In this document: piece after piece, positions 25,714 to 38,073 of the stretch
Layout of the letters: every line of letters starts with the position of its first letter
How positions within the stretch are numbered: the first letter of the stretch is position 1
From: Eledone cirrhosa
Taxonomy: Eukaryota
NCBI GenBank assembly: GCA_964016885.1
Contig: OZ024747.1
Coordinates: 61,504,001-61,568,000, forward strand
Direction of reading: 5' to 3'
Length of the DNA stretch: 64,000 bases
Made by a program: the position numbers and the translations under genes
The notes under the pieces: model-generated
What the model saw: only the letters and a program-made list of their open reading frames with translations
What the model was told of the DNA's origin: nothing
Databases searched by the model: none

Positions 25714-25821
25714 GGTATGGTGAACTAACTGTTGTGTAACCACTTCTATATATATATATATATATATAACCAAAACTGGAATTGAACCATCAGCACAGTT
25801 GAGGTATGTCAGACATCAATT

Positions 25822-25887
25822 TATTTTATCTGATGAGGACGTACTGATGAAATAGCTCAGTACCTCTGAAATATATATAATAAAATA
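25822..25887 (+). ncRNA. Type I hammerhead ribozyme
   Basis: tattttat CTGATGA gga-c-gtactga tgaaatagc tcagtac-c-tct GAAA tatatata ataaaata: 8-bp stem I, 10-bp stem II, palindromic stem III, AUA site after 25879. Confidence 0.85.
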
Positions 25888-25929
25888 TATTTTATCCCAT
25901 GAATGTCTATATTTATTAATATTTTGAAG

Positions 25930-25980
<51 letters not shown>

Positions 25981-25989
<9 letters not shown>

Positions 25990-26188
25990 CGTAAAATAAG
26001 AAAATTTAAAAAAAAAAAATTTTTTTAAATTTAAAAAAAATTTTAAAAAAATTTTAAAAAAATTTTAAAAAAATTTAAAAAAAAAAATAAAAAAATAAAA
26101 ATTAGTTGGAGTGAAAATTTAAGTAAGTAAGTTAATTTTAAAAAAAAATTTTTTTTTTTTTTAATTTTCTTATTTTACGTCTTTTATA
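25981..26188. repeat. A/T-rich inverted repeat (~45 bp arms)
   Basis: tataaaagacgtaaaataagaaaatt / aattttcttattttacgtcttttata. Confidence 0.8.
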
Positions 26189-26349
26189 TTATTGTTCTGC
26201 ATTCTCCTGCATCGAACCACCTAGGTACTATGACATAACCTGTGTATTTGCTGGCATTGGCGTACATCTGTGCGCTTATGTTAGTAGATATATTAAATTA
26301 TCTATATATATATATATATATAAAAGATATATATATATATATATAAAGA

Positions 26350-27015
26350 CAATGACACACGACCGTGACTTCTGGCGTCACGCAGTAATACAGAGTACCC
26401 GACCTCCCATGGGTACAAGCTGAAGCATATAGACAATATGCCCCCACACCCCCCACCGCAAGGTGGTCGTGGAGGTGCCACGGCAAAAAAGCACCCAGCC
26501 CACACTGTAAAGTGGACGTGTAGGCGCCACGAAAAAGCACCCAGCACTCACTGTAAATGAGGTTGGTGTTAGGAAGGGCATCCAGCTGTAGAAATCAAGC
26601 CAAATCAGTTCCTGTATGAGCAAGGCATGGTCAGCCGACCAGACACTGCCCACAACAGGACAACCCGTCTAACCCATGCTAGCGTGGAAGAACGGACGTA
26701 AAACGGTGATGATGAGGGTGATGATGATTATGGTGGTGCCACACCATCCAGGCCGAAACAAATGAGATCGTGTAGGTGTCACGACAAAAAAAGCACACAG
26801 TCCACGCTGTAACGTGGCCGTGTAGGCAACACGGTAAAAACCTCCCAGACCCACACTGTAAATGTGGTTGGTGTTAGGAAGGGCATCCAACTGTAGAAAA
26901 CCTGCCAGAAAGTCCTATGCGAGCAAGACAATCACTCTTACCTCAAGTGGGAAAACCCCCGTCCAAACCCATGCAAGCGTGGAACACGGACATTAAACGT
27001 TGATGATGATGATGA
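26350..27015 (+). mobile_element. Two adjacent RTE 3'UTR fragments of different subfamilies
   Basis: Each ends aacccatgc...gtggaa...(gat)n; they match the tails of 17095-17543 and 22310-23360 respectively. Confidence 0.85.
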
Positions 27016-27199
27016 TATATACACACACACATTTTGTGTTTGTTTATAGCTGTAAATGTGTCTGACAATAAACAGCAAAATTCCCCGAGACTTTGGATTT
27101 GTTGAAACAAAACTTGTTAAGTTGTGAGAGATTAGTTCTTTCCTATTGTTGTACTCTTAGTCTAACATTAGTCTTTCATCCATACTGGGAACCTCTCTC

Positions 27200-27250
<51 letters not shown>

Positions 27251-27294
27251 GTATGTATATATATATGTATGTATATATATGTATATGTATATGT

Positions 27295-27748
27295 AGGGCA
27301 AAGGAGCTCTTAAGAGTCAATGGCCATCCAAAATCACCGGGAGAGATGACCCCTTAGCCTTTGTCAAGGCAGAATTCTAGGAGAAGGAAAACTCTGATAT
27401 AACACCTGCAACCCTGATGGTATCCAATGATGTTGACTTGTTCTTCTTTTTGGTAAATATCATCTTGGTTAAGAGAGTGGGACTGGCTTTGTGCAGTGCC
27501 TTTGCTCACTATAAAAGCTTCACGGCACAGGCATTGCTTTATATCTGGAGATCTCTCTGCACTTGTCGTCACATGGTACCATGGGCCCAACACTATGTGT
27601 CAATAATTGTCACAAGTGTAGTCTTTGTACCAGAGTTTTCAAGTCGCTGGCTGGACTAAAAAGTCACACTCGTTCAGCGCATCAGTAGGGGTTCTCCTAC
27701 ATGGATATAAAGTAGTGGCCGTACTCGAAAACGAGTTGGCAGCCACCA
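27295..27748 (+). mobile_element. Non-autonomous RTE-derived element
   Basis: Highly similar to 47138-47580 (-); 3' part encodes [17 protein letters not shown], a C-terminal zinc-finger remnant. Confidence 0.75.
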
Positions 27749-28075
27749 TGTATATATATATATATATGTATGTATATATATATGTATATGTGTATGTATA
27801 TATATATATGTGTATGTATATATATATATGTATGTATATATATGTATATGTGTATGTATATATATATGTATATGTGTATGTATATATATGTATATGTGTA
27901 TGTATATATATGTATATGTGTATGTATATATGTATATGTGTATATATATATATATGTATGTATATATATATATATATGTATGTATATATATATATGTATA
28001 TATATATATACATATACACATATATATATATATATATACATATACACACACATATATATATATATATATACATAT

Positions 28076-28124
<49 letters not shown>

Positions 28125-28493
28125 CACACATATATGTATATATATATATACATATACGCACATATATGTATATATGTATATATATATATATACATATACG
28201 CACAAAAATGTATATATATATATACATATATATATATTCATATACGCACATATATGTATATATATATATACATATATATATATATACATATACGCACATA
28301 TATGTATATATATATATATATATATACATAAATATATATACATATACACACATATATATACATATATATATATGTATATATATATACATATATACATACA
28401 TATATACGTATACACACATATATACACATATACATATACACACATATATACACATATATATATAGATATATAGATATATATATATATATATAG

Positions 28494-28524
<31 letters not shown>

Positions 28525-28550
28525 GATATATATATGTATATATATAGAGA
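27749..28550. repeat. Compound (TA)/(TATG)/(TACA) microsatellite, ~800 bp
   Basis: Direct reading. Confidence 0.95.
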
Positions 28551-28821
28551 GAGATTGTAGCATCCTTTCAGGCTAGTAGATAATTTCCGTCTGAGCTCTC
28601 TCTTATAGAAATGCATTCTGCAATGTAGTACAATGTAGTGCAATAACAAGCATGTGGTGTCATACCGTGCAGTCGTGCAGACAGTCTCTGGTTTGTCTCT
28701 TACTAACAGACATGGCAGCCACATACACTCTCTCACATACATACACACACACATATATATATATTTATACATACGTATAGTGTGTGAGTGTGTATGTGTA
28801 ATGCGTATCTGTGCCTATGTG

Positions 28822-28863
<42 letters not shown>

Positions 28864-29645
28864 GCGTGCATGCCTGTGTTAGTGTGTGACTGTGAATGAA
28901 TGTGTGTGATAGTTATTGATTCGAATCAAATCAGCGTCTTAAAGCCACACGCTAACCTCCCACGTACTTCCCCTCTTCCTCCTACTCCTCTTCTTCTTCT
29001 TCCTCATCCTTTTCCTCTAACAAACAAAAAAAAAACATACAAAAAAAAGGAAAGAAAATATCAATAAAATTTACCAAGGGAAAATAAAAACCTTCAACCA
29101 AAATAATAAAAAAATAGCTAAAAACAAAAGAAAGAAATATGAAATAAAATTTAATGATATTGGGTTTGGAAGGATAGGTAGGGGGCATATGGGGGGGGGG
29201 GGGGGGGGTAGTCAGAGTAAATTTGGATGATGTGAATAGAAGAACAATGTTTTAATAGGTGTATGTGGGAGGGGGCTGATGGGGGATAGAGTAGAGTTGT
29301 TTGGGTGGAGTGGAGTGGAGAAGGAAGAGGAAGGGTTGCAGTTCTCCTAGCAAGAGTATCATGTGATCTAGCGCTTCAAAAGAACTTACCGTTTCTATAG
29401 GAACAGTATATAATTTATTTAGAGCGAACATTTTCTATGTGAAAACTATGAGAACAACCAGGAGAACAACACGATGAAAATTTAATTATGCAGTTCCGAT
29501 CATTTAATAATTTGGACAAAGATAACCAAGTTTTCATATATTTTGGTTTTGTTTTTTAAATTCTTTTATATTTCAAAATATTTAATAACTTAGTTAAACC
29601 ACTCCCTGAATTACAAAACACTTGGAGTATATATAACACACACAT

Positions 29646-29676
<31 letters not shown>

Positions 29677-29935
29677 AATACAAAAACCAAAATCCCCAAA
29701 TCCAAAGGGGACTCAATAAGGATTGTATGTACTAATAGTATATATATGTATATATATAGTGGTAAAACATAAGGACGTCATATCCATAGTAAATAGAGGA
29801 CTCAGTCCGTAGGACAAGTATGGTAGAACTTTGCTCAAGTTGAGAATCTGTGTTGGGTAAAACGTGCATTCTCGAGTATGGTTTGCTAATTTGTTGTGGA
29901 ACTAACTTTATATATATATATAGAGAGAGAGAGAG

Positions 29936-29977
<42 letters not shown>

Positions 29978-30163
29978 GGACGATTTGTTAAGCTTTCATT
30001 ACGTTTATTGATTGCTGACGCGCGTTTCACTATAGATCAGCTCAAAGTTCGATCTGTATCAATCTGGCCCAACTCTGGAATCAAAAGCTCATCAAACCTC
30101 TGCTGTTGTAATGATAGAATGGATATCTATCTATCTAGCTATCTATCTATCTATCTATCTATA

Positions 30164-31469
30164 TAGGTTGTGGACAATATTTGTTTGAAATTTTCAACTG
30201 CTAATTTTATGCAAATTTGTTTACTTCTGTTGTCACTCTTGTCTTCATAAAAATAGTGACTATATTTCCATTATTTATTTTAAGAATAATTGATTATGAA
30301 TAATTTTGAACCTCCAAATTTGTGGAAGAGACAGGGAGTTCTTCTTGGAATCCGCGCCAGGAGGACAAATAAGGAAATTTCAGACTTTCTCAGCGTCAGC
30401 AGGAGAATGGTGGAAAAGGTCAGAAAGGAATTGGAAGATTCAGGATTCGACTACGAAGCAACATCAGAGAGGAAAACACATGATCGACGATCTGATGCCT
30501 TCAGAATGCCCGAGTTCGTCGCTGAAGTTGAGGATATCATCAACAATGAACCTAGCTAGTCGATGCGTGCCATTGCAAGGGAGAAAGGCGTGGATGAAAA
30601 GCTCATTAGGCTGGTGGTACATGAAGACATTCGCTACGTTTCATACAAGATGAGGAAAGGACAATTTCTGTCAAAGGCGATGCAAGAAAAGTGACTGAAG
30701 CACGCAAAGAAGCTAATCAACAAGTTGAAACACCCACTGGAGCCTGACATGCTGTGGTTTTTCTCGAATGAGAAAAACTTCTACCAAGACCAGAAGATCA
30801 ACTCCCAGAACAACAGGTGGCTCGCTGTCTCATCCAAAGACGTGCCCAGAGTCATGTAGACAAAGTTTCCACGACAACATTGGTCTTAGGTGTCGTCAGC
30901 AGTCAAGGTGACGTCATGCCACCTCACTTCTTCCCTGAGGGCCTCAAGCTGAACACCGATGGCTACATTTGCGTTTTAAGCAAGGTAGTAAAGCCCTGGA
31001 TTGACCAGGTAGCTGCAGGTAGGCCGTACATGTGGCAGCAAGACTCAGCGCCCTGCCATACCAGCCGAAAGACCCAAGCCTGGCTGTCAGAGAACTTCAT
31101 CGACCACACTTCACCTGACATCTGGCCTCCTAGGTCGCCTGACTGCAACCCCCTCGACTTCTTTGTGTGGGGCGCAGTGGAACGAGACACCAACAGATCT
31201 AGCTGCAATACGAAAGACGATCTGAAGGCCAAGATCACAAGGGCCTTTAGGGGCCTAAGTCAGGGCGACAGTGACGAAAGCCTGTAGCTAGTTCCGAGGC
31301 CGCCTTGAGGCCGTCATTAAAGCCAATGGCGGGTTTATCAAGTGAGATCGTAAGAACAAGTCATGAAGACAAACTGACCCAGGTTTGATAAATATATCTT
31401 AAAAAATAAAACTACTGTGTTATTTTTTCCTAGACAGTAATCTTGCGAACAAATATCGTCCGCACCCTG
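30164..31469 (+). mobile_element. Full-length decayed Tc1/mariner-superfamily element, maT (DD37D) family
   Basis: ~27 bp imperfect TIRs taggttgtggacaatatttgtttgaaa / ttgcgaacaaatatcgtccgcaccctg; TA flanks; 1.3 kb. Confidence 0.92.
30296..31345 (+). pseudogene. DD37D transposase pseudogene
   Basis: WFFSNEKNF (first D mutated to N) ... WQQDSAPCH ... WPPRSPDCNPLDFFVWG with 37 residues between the second and third D; several stops and frameshifts. Confidence 0.92.
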
Positions 31470-31502
<33 letters not shown>

Positions 31503-32259
31503 TTCGGAATTACCTAACACACATATATATATAAACAATACAAGAATACATAACATCCATGAGTTTGGCTGGTCTCCCTTGGGGATCCAGCTGGATCAGT
31601 TGGAGATGGTTGCCTCTGACAGGACCTGCTGGAAGGAGTGTTTGAGGACTCTTGCCCCACAACCCTCCCAGGAATAAGTGGGTGAAGAATAAGATGATGA
31701 AGATGAAGAAAAAGAAGATGTAGATGAAGACGACAATGTTGGCTGCGGCAGTGATGCTTATGACACAGAGGAAGAATACAAAAAACAAACAAATGTGAAG
31801 ATGCATTAACATAAAGTCTTATTAGTTTCATGCTTAAAAGAAAGGGAGTTAAACAGTCAACATGTCAGGTAGTTGCTCTTCATCAGAACAGAGTTCTGAG
31901 TGTAGAATAAAAGGAATAAAGACAGAATAACAAAGGAAAAACACAAAGAAAATAAAAAGGAGAAGGAAGTGGAGTAGTTATGATGGGTGGAGGAGTGTGG
32001 GGTGGGGGTCAAAGTGAGGGGTGCAGATGTGTAGTTGGTGGTCATGTGTGTAGGTGGGCTGCAAATGATGTTGCTTGTATGTGTATGGGTGTTATGTGTT
32101 GTTGGAAGTGTGTGTGTGTGTGCAGGTGTAAAGTCTTTTGTTGTTGGAAGCGTGTGTGTGTGTACGCAGGTGTTAAGTGTTTTGTTGGTGGAAGTATGTG
32201 TATATGTGTATGCATGTATGTGTGTGTGTATATATTCTTTATTGTGGCCAAGTGGTGAG

Positions 32260-32310
32260 TCTTCTTACTCTGGATTTTCACCTGTGTATTTACCTTATCA
32301 TCAGACAAGA
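32260..32310 (-). ncRNA. Degenerate type I hammerhead ribozyme
   Basis: Minus strand tcttgt CTGATGA taaggtaaatacacaggt GAAA atccagagta agaaga; inverted partner of 32486-32530. Confidence 0.6.
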
Positions 32311-32485
32311 TTGAATATTTAGTCACAGAAAGAGTAAATATAGAGAAATGCCTGGGAAGAAGGGGATAGATGTGTGTTTTTAATTAGGATGAGTATGTGG
32401 GGGAGGTGGATTTTAGGGGTGATGAGGGCAATAATTGAGGATATGAGGAAGGTATATAGTGTCTCTGCCATTGAATATTCAGTTG

Positions 32486-32530
32486 TGTCTGATGATCCTG
32501 TGAGTACACAGATGAAACTCCAGAGTAACA
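32486..32530 (+). ncRNA. Type I hammerhead ribozyme
   Basis: tgt CTGATGA tc-ctgtg-agta-cacag-at GAAA ctc-ca-gag-ta aca; GUA site after 32527. Confidence 0.75.
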
Positions 32531-32638
32531 AGACTCAACATCTATCCATAGAAAAGAATATTTAAACTCTACTTTTGTATTGAGTACTCATTCTCACATC
32601 CATCAATATGACACAGATATATATATATTTTTTTTTTT

Positions 32639-32978
32639 GGAGGCACATGGCTTAGTGGTTAGAGCATTGGCCTTGCAATCGAAAGGTTGTGAGTTCAATT
32701 CTCAGACCGGGTGATGTGTTGTTTCCTTGAGCAAGACACTTTATTTCACATTGCTCCAGTTTACTCAGCTGTAGAAATGAGATGATAGGACTGGGGTCCC
32801 TATCATTCCACTGCAAAGTGGTCGTGGAGGTGCCACGGCAAAAAAGTACTCAGCACTCACTGTAAATGAGGTTGGTGTTAGGAAGGGCATCCAGCTGTAG
32901 AAATAAAGCCAGAATCAGTTCCCGTCCCACCCTTGCAAGCAAGGAAAAGTGGACGTAAAATGATGATGATGATGATGA
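32639..32978 (+). mobile_element. CORE SINE family B
   Basis: tRNA head, CORE ccttgagcaagacactttatttcacattgctccagtttactcagctgtagaaatgag, RTE-like tail, (gat)n. Confidence 0.9.
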
Positions 32979-33172
32979 TATACATATATATATTGATTTT
33001 TCCCTGGATTTCACAAAATTCTATGGATTAATCTGTCTTGATTTTTTTAAAATTGAGTTTGAATTATTTTCCCACATCTTACGTTAACTATTTTTCCATT
33101 TTGACGTTATAGTCACTTATATATTATGAAATACTGTTGGCTTCACGCTCACAACAATTTCTATACTTTAAT

Positions 33173-33215
<43 letters not shown>

Positions 33216-33792
33216 ATATACAAATATATACAGTATGACAAAAAACCAAGGGTAACAACTTACATTCACTCTTTTATTTCTATGTCTGTTTCTGTACATA
33301 GAGCTTCTCTCACCTTACCCAAGATAATAGTCAAGTATTCCACTATAATCGCATATATATATATATATGCGACTCCAACAAAATGTGCTCAGTCCACACT
33401 GTAGTATGGTCATTTTGGGGCCACAATAAAAAGCACTCAGCATTCATTGTAAATGTGATTGGTGCTAGGAAGGGAATCCAGCCATAGAAACCAACCCAGA
33501 AACATTTCTGTATGAGCAAGACATGGTCATCTGTCCTGACTTGTCTCACAATGGGACAACTCGTCTAACCCATGCTAGCATGGAAAAATAGATGTTAAAT
33601 AGTGATGATGATGAACGCACATTTACAGTATACATTGTGTATTTTAACAAGGAAGACATGGGTGGAAGCAGCGAATCCAATGTAAGATCATGGCAATGGG
33701 TTGGGTCAAGATTAAGATAGCCAACTATTTCTTACAGATATATCCACTGAGCTAAAGGATCAGAAAGTAGTTTGGTCCAGTTTCTACCTTAA

Positions 33793-34001
33793 CCCTTTAG
33801 TGTTCAAACCGGCCAGAATTCTCTACCTCTTTCTGTTCAAACTGGCTGTAACTAGTCGCTCAAACTGATGTTAAGCTATTGTTCTCAAAACAAATACTTT
33901 CAAATCTCATAGATTCGATATTATGTGAGATAATTATGTGAGGTAAAGCCTTTACCATTAAAATATAATAGTATATATAGAGTAATGTGAATGTTAAAGG
34001 G
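33793..34001. mobile_element. piggyBac-type MITE
   Basis: TTAA on both sides; cccttta...taaaggg. Confidence 0.9.
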
Positions 34002-34636
34002 TTAAAAAAAAGGAAAAGAATGACTTCACTTGTAGTTCTAAAGAATTTAATTCAATTTCATATTATGATTTTACAATTTAGTTTTGTAGATCTAGTAAGT
34101 TCTTTGTTAACTTCGGAGGGGGGGGGGATTTTTAAAGATTCTTGGTTAACTTTATATATGTATATATGTATATATATATAGTCTTGTAAAAGTTCAAAAA
34201 GTTCACATAAATGAATTGAGATGAAATACAATGGTGGTCAATGAATGTAAAAGTAAAACTTATTGAAAAAGTTTATATTTGTAAATTTTCTCCTCTATCA
34301 CTGCACATTTTTATAAATGGTATCAGACACAAGAAAATGGTGCACATCACTGCATTATATTAAGGTGTTTGGTTTTGGTTGAATTATCTCAAACTCACCA
34401 GAATGGTTTTTAATGAAGCATCATTGAGTTTTTTATTGTCTTTTTCCTTTTTTTCTTTTACTGTCTACCTGTCATTTATCATTGAAACTATTTTAGCTTT
34501 CTAGTAAATGTATGTGTGTGTATATGTGTAAATATGTGTGTGTGTGTGTGTATGTGCAGATATGTGTGCAGATATGTGTGTGTATGTGTGTGTGTATATA
34601 TACATAAATATTCATACATTCATAAAAATAAATGCG

Positions 34637-34672
<36 letters not shown>

Positions 34673-34718
34673 CATATACACACACCACATATATATATAT
34701 ATATACATATACACACAC

Positions 34719-34754
<36 letters not shown>

Positions 34755-34999
34755 AACCCATGCTAGCGTGGAAGATAGATGTTAAACAATGATGATGATA
34801 TATATAGACACACACATATATGTACTGGTTTCTTGTAAAACCATATCAAGTATGTGTGAGTGTGTTTGTGTGTGTATGTCTGTGCGTGTTCCTGTTTTTT
34901 TTTCAATAAGATGCCCTACATATTGTGTTGCATTCTCTTAATCTACAGATAATTGTTTTATTCTTTTGCTTTAGTTCTTGAATTTTGCTTTGAAATTTG

Positions 35000-35612
35000 C
35001 AACAACAATTACAATAACAATAACAGCAATAACAACAACAATAATAACAATATTAAAAACAAGAACAATGATAACAATAACAACAATAAAAACAATTATA
35101 ACAATAATAATAATAAAAACAATTATAACAATAAAATCAATAACAGTAATAATAACAATAACAACAATAAAAACAATTATAACAATAACAACAACAGCAA
35201 TAATAACAATAACGACAACAACAACAACAATAATAACAATAACGACAACAATAACAACAACAACAGCAACAATAATAACAATAACGACAACAATAACAAC
35301 AGCAGCAGCAACAATAATAACAATAACGACAACAATAACAACAACAACAGCAACAATAATAACAATAACGACAACAATAACAACAACAGCAATAACAATA
35401 ACAACAACAACAGGAACAACAACAACAACAGCGACAACAATAACGACAACAACAACAGCGACAACAATAACGACAACAACAACAGCAGCAACAACAACAA
35501 CAACAGCGACAACAATAACGACAACAACAACAACAACAGCAATAACAATAACGACAACAACAACAATAACGACAACAACAACAATAACGACAACAACAAC
35601 AGCAACAATAAT
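35000..35612. repeat. (AAC/AAT)n tract
   Basis: Direct reading. Confidence 0.95.
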
Positions 35613-35896
35613 TTGGTGGTAAAATATTTTAATTAAGGAAAAACAGTTGAAAAGGTCACGCAAATTGTTGGGGAAAGTAAAAGAGTATAGTTGAAGAAAT
35701 TTAAATAATTTCTGTTTTAATTATTAATTTTTATTCCATCATATTCTCTTGGCCATTGCCTTCACGACAGAATCATTTCTATTCCACCATTCTCTTTTAT
35801 CTCTGAGACAAATTCCTTCATCTTCCCCCATCACCGTATAACCACTCTTTCCCTAACTGTTGCTTGCTGGTATCAATAGACGTACACATATATATA

Positions 35897-35948
<52 letters not shown>

Positions 35949-36126
35949 ATGTATAAATATATATAATGTGTGTGTGTATGTATAAATATATGCATGTATA
36001 TGTATATATATATCTATGTATATATATATATATGTATGTATGTATGTATATGTAAGTATATATATATTGTATGTATATATATATATATATATATTATATG
36101 TATATCTATATATGTATATATATATG

Positions 36127-36170
<44 letters not shown>

Positions 36171-36251
36171 ATGTGTATATATATATATATATATGTGTAT
36201 GTGTATATATATATATATATATGTGTATGTATATATATATATATATATATT

Positions 36252-36283
<32 letters not shown>

Positions 36284-36308
36284 GTAGTTTCCATTTGTTA
36301 ATATCGTA

Positions 36309-36355
<47 letters not shown>

Positions 36356-36616
36356 GGAAAAAATGAAACGAAATTTCATTTCCCGCTCTTAGTACGGCTG
36401 TCACTTAAATATAAGTATGTACACGTACATACATATATGTATACAGACGTACAGTAGTATGTATATATATATACATACATGCACACATATATATATGTAC
36501 GTATGGATTCACCGAACATTTATTATAATGCTCGGTGTGTTTGTAAACAAACATCCCGTATTAAGCCGTAGTATCTAGCAACCATCGTTGCTCGTTTGTT
36601 CAACACTGGCAAAGGA

Positions 36617-36659
36617 ACGCTGTACTAGTTTCAAGCTTATTAGCTATCGTCAGCAACGT
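36617..36659 (-). ncRNA. Minimal type I hammerhead ribozyme in a diverged copy (36352-36705) of the 8-kb element
   Basis: Minus strand acgttg CTGACGA t-agc-taataa-gct-t GAAA ctagta cagcgt. Confidence 0.85.
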
Positions 36660-36795
36660 ATACCTTCCTGCCAGATTGTTGACCGTATATACTTACTTTA
36701 TGCATTACCTATATGTATATATATATTATATGTATATGTATATATATGTATGTATATGTATATATATATATATATGTATGTATATATATATATAT

Positions 36796-36873
<78 letters not shown>

Positions 36874-36952
36874 CTATCCAGACAGCTTCCAAAAATAATG
36901 GTTGCATTTAATAGGGTACGTCAAAATTATTTATAAAACTGTTTATATATTG

Positions 36953-37017
36953 TATTTTGTCTGATGAAGGCATACCATATTTTAATTTGGTATCCCTGAA
37001 ATATGTATAATGAAATA
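36953..37017 (+). ncRNA. Type I hammerhead ribozyme
   Basis: tattttgt CTGATGA aggcatacca...tggtatccct GAAA tatgtata atgaaata; in TA-embedded element ~36870-37240. Confidence 0.8.
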
Positions 37018-37058
37018 AATATGGTTTTATAAATATAGTTTCCATTTATTAATATCGT

Positions 37059-37137
37059 TTCATCCTTACGGGGTCGATAAAATAAAGTACCAGTAATGCA
37101 CTGGGTAATTGCTGGCCTTGTGCCTAAAGTAGAAACA
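37059..37137 (+). mobile_element. 5'-truncated family A SINE inserted in the hammerhead element
   Basis: Target site duplication attaatatcgt (37048-37058 / 37138-37148); empty site visible in the paralogue near 38110. Confidence 0.9.
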
Positions 37138-37234
37138 ATTAATATCGTATATCTACTCCAAAAACTTGTCGAGTGCTTTATATCAGTTATAAAATATTTA
37201 CTTGTTGTATCCCAACAATTTTAAATAGAACTTT

Positions 37235-37294
<60 letters not shown>

Positions 37295-37529
37295 TTACGT
37301 GTAGCCGGCCTCTGTGTCTGTCTGTGTGTGTGTGTGTGTCTGTGTGTGATACAAGCCGCCCATCCGTCGTCCAAGTTATGACTTTTTTTAGCCGTTGCTC
37401 GCACCAACCGGAGGTATATGGTCTTTAAAGCGATGAAATGCCTATGATAGTTGGAAGATCACTGATGAAGGACAAACTTTTTTCATATGTAACCCATTTG
37501 CAACTCCGCAGCGCCCTTATTATCATATT

Positions 37530-37574
<45 letters not shown>

Positions 37575-37637
37575 TAATGTATGTATATATATATATATAT
37601 ATTACATGTATAATGTATATATATGTGTATATATATA

Positions 37638-37679
<42 letters not shown>

Positions 37680-37795
37680 AAATGTATATATATATATATA
37701 TATATACACACATTCATACATATATATAAATATAAACATATATATATATTTATACGATATTAAACAAATGGAAACTATATTTATAAAACCATATT

Positions 37796-37861
37796 TATTT
37801 CATTATACATATTTCGGGGATACCATATTAAAGATATGGCATGCCTTCGTCAGATAAAATA
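37796..37861 (-). ncRNA. Type I hammerhead ribozyme
   Basis: Inverted copy of 38008-38073. Confidence 0.8.
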
Positions 37862-38007
37862 CAATATATAAACAGTTTTATAAATAATTTTGACGTACCA
37901 TAAATATGAGCGACCATTAGGTAGGAAACTGGTTTGGTAGTTTCCTACCTAATGGTCGCTCATATTTATGGTATGTCAAAATTATTTATAAAACTGTTTA
38001 TATATTG

Positions 38008-38073
38008 TATTTTATCTGACGAAGGCATGCCATATTTTTAATATGGTATCCCCGAAATATGTATAATGAAATA
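38008..38073 (+). ncRNA. Type I hammerhead ribozyme
   Basis: tattttat CTGACGA aggcatgccatat-tttta-atatggtatcccc GAAA tatgtata atgaaata; AUA site after 38065. Confidence 0.8.

Larger units (their letters stand above)
25597..25748. mobile_element. Fold-back palindrome with two divergent hammerheads, within a TA-embedded element (25531-25748)
   Basis: ~75 bp arms with essentially no spacer; degenerate non-palindromic relative at 29757-29910. Confidence 0.85.

Noticed and set aside
27625-28772. Long Tyr/Ile-rich ORFs here and at 35.8-39.5 kb
   Set aside because: Translations of (TA)n/(CA)n microsatellites
32639-32712. tRNA gene
   Set aside because: tRNA-like head continues into CORE and LINE-derived tail, and the anticodon stem does not pair; it is a SINE
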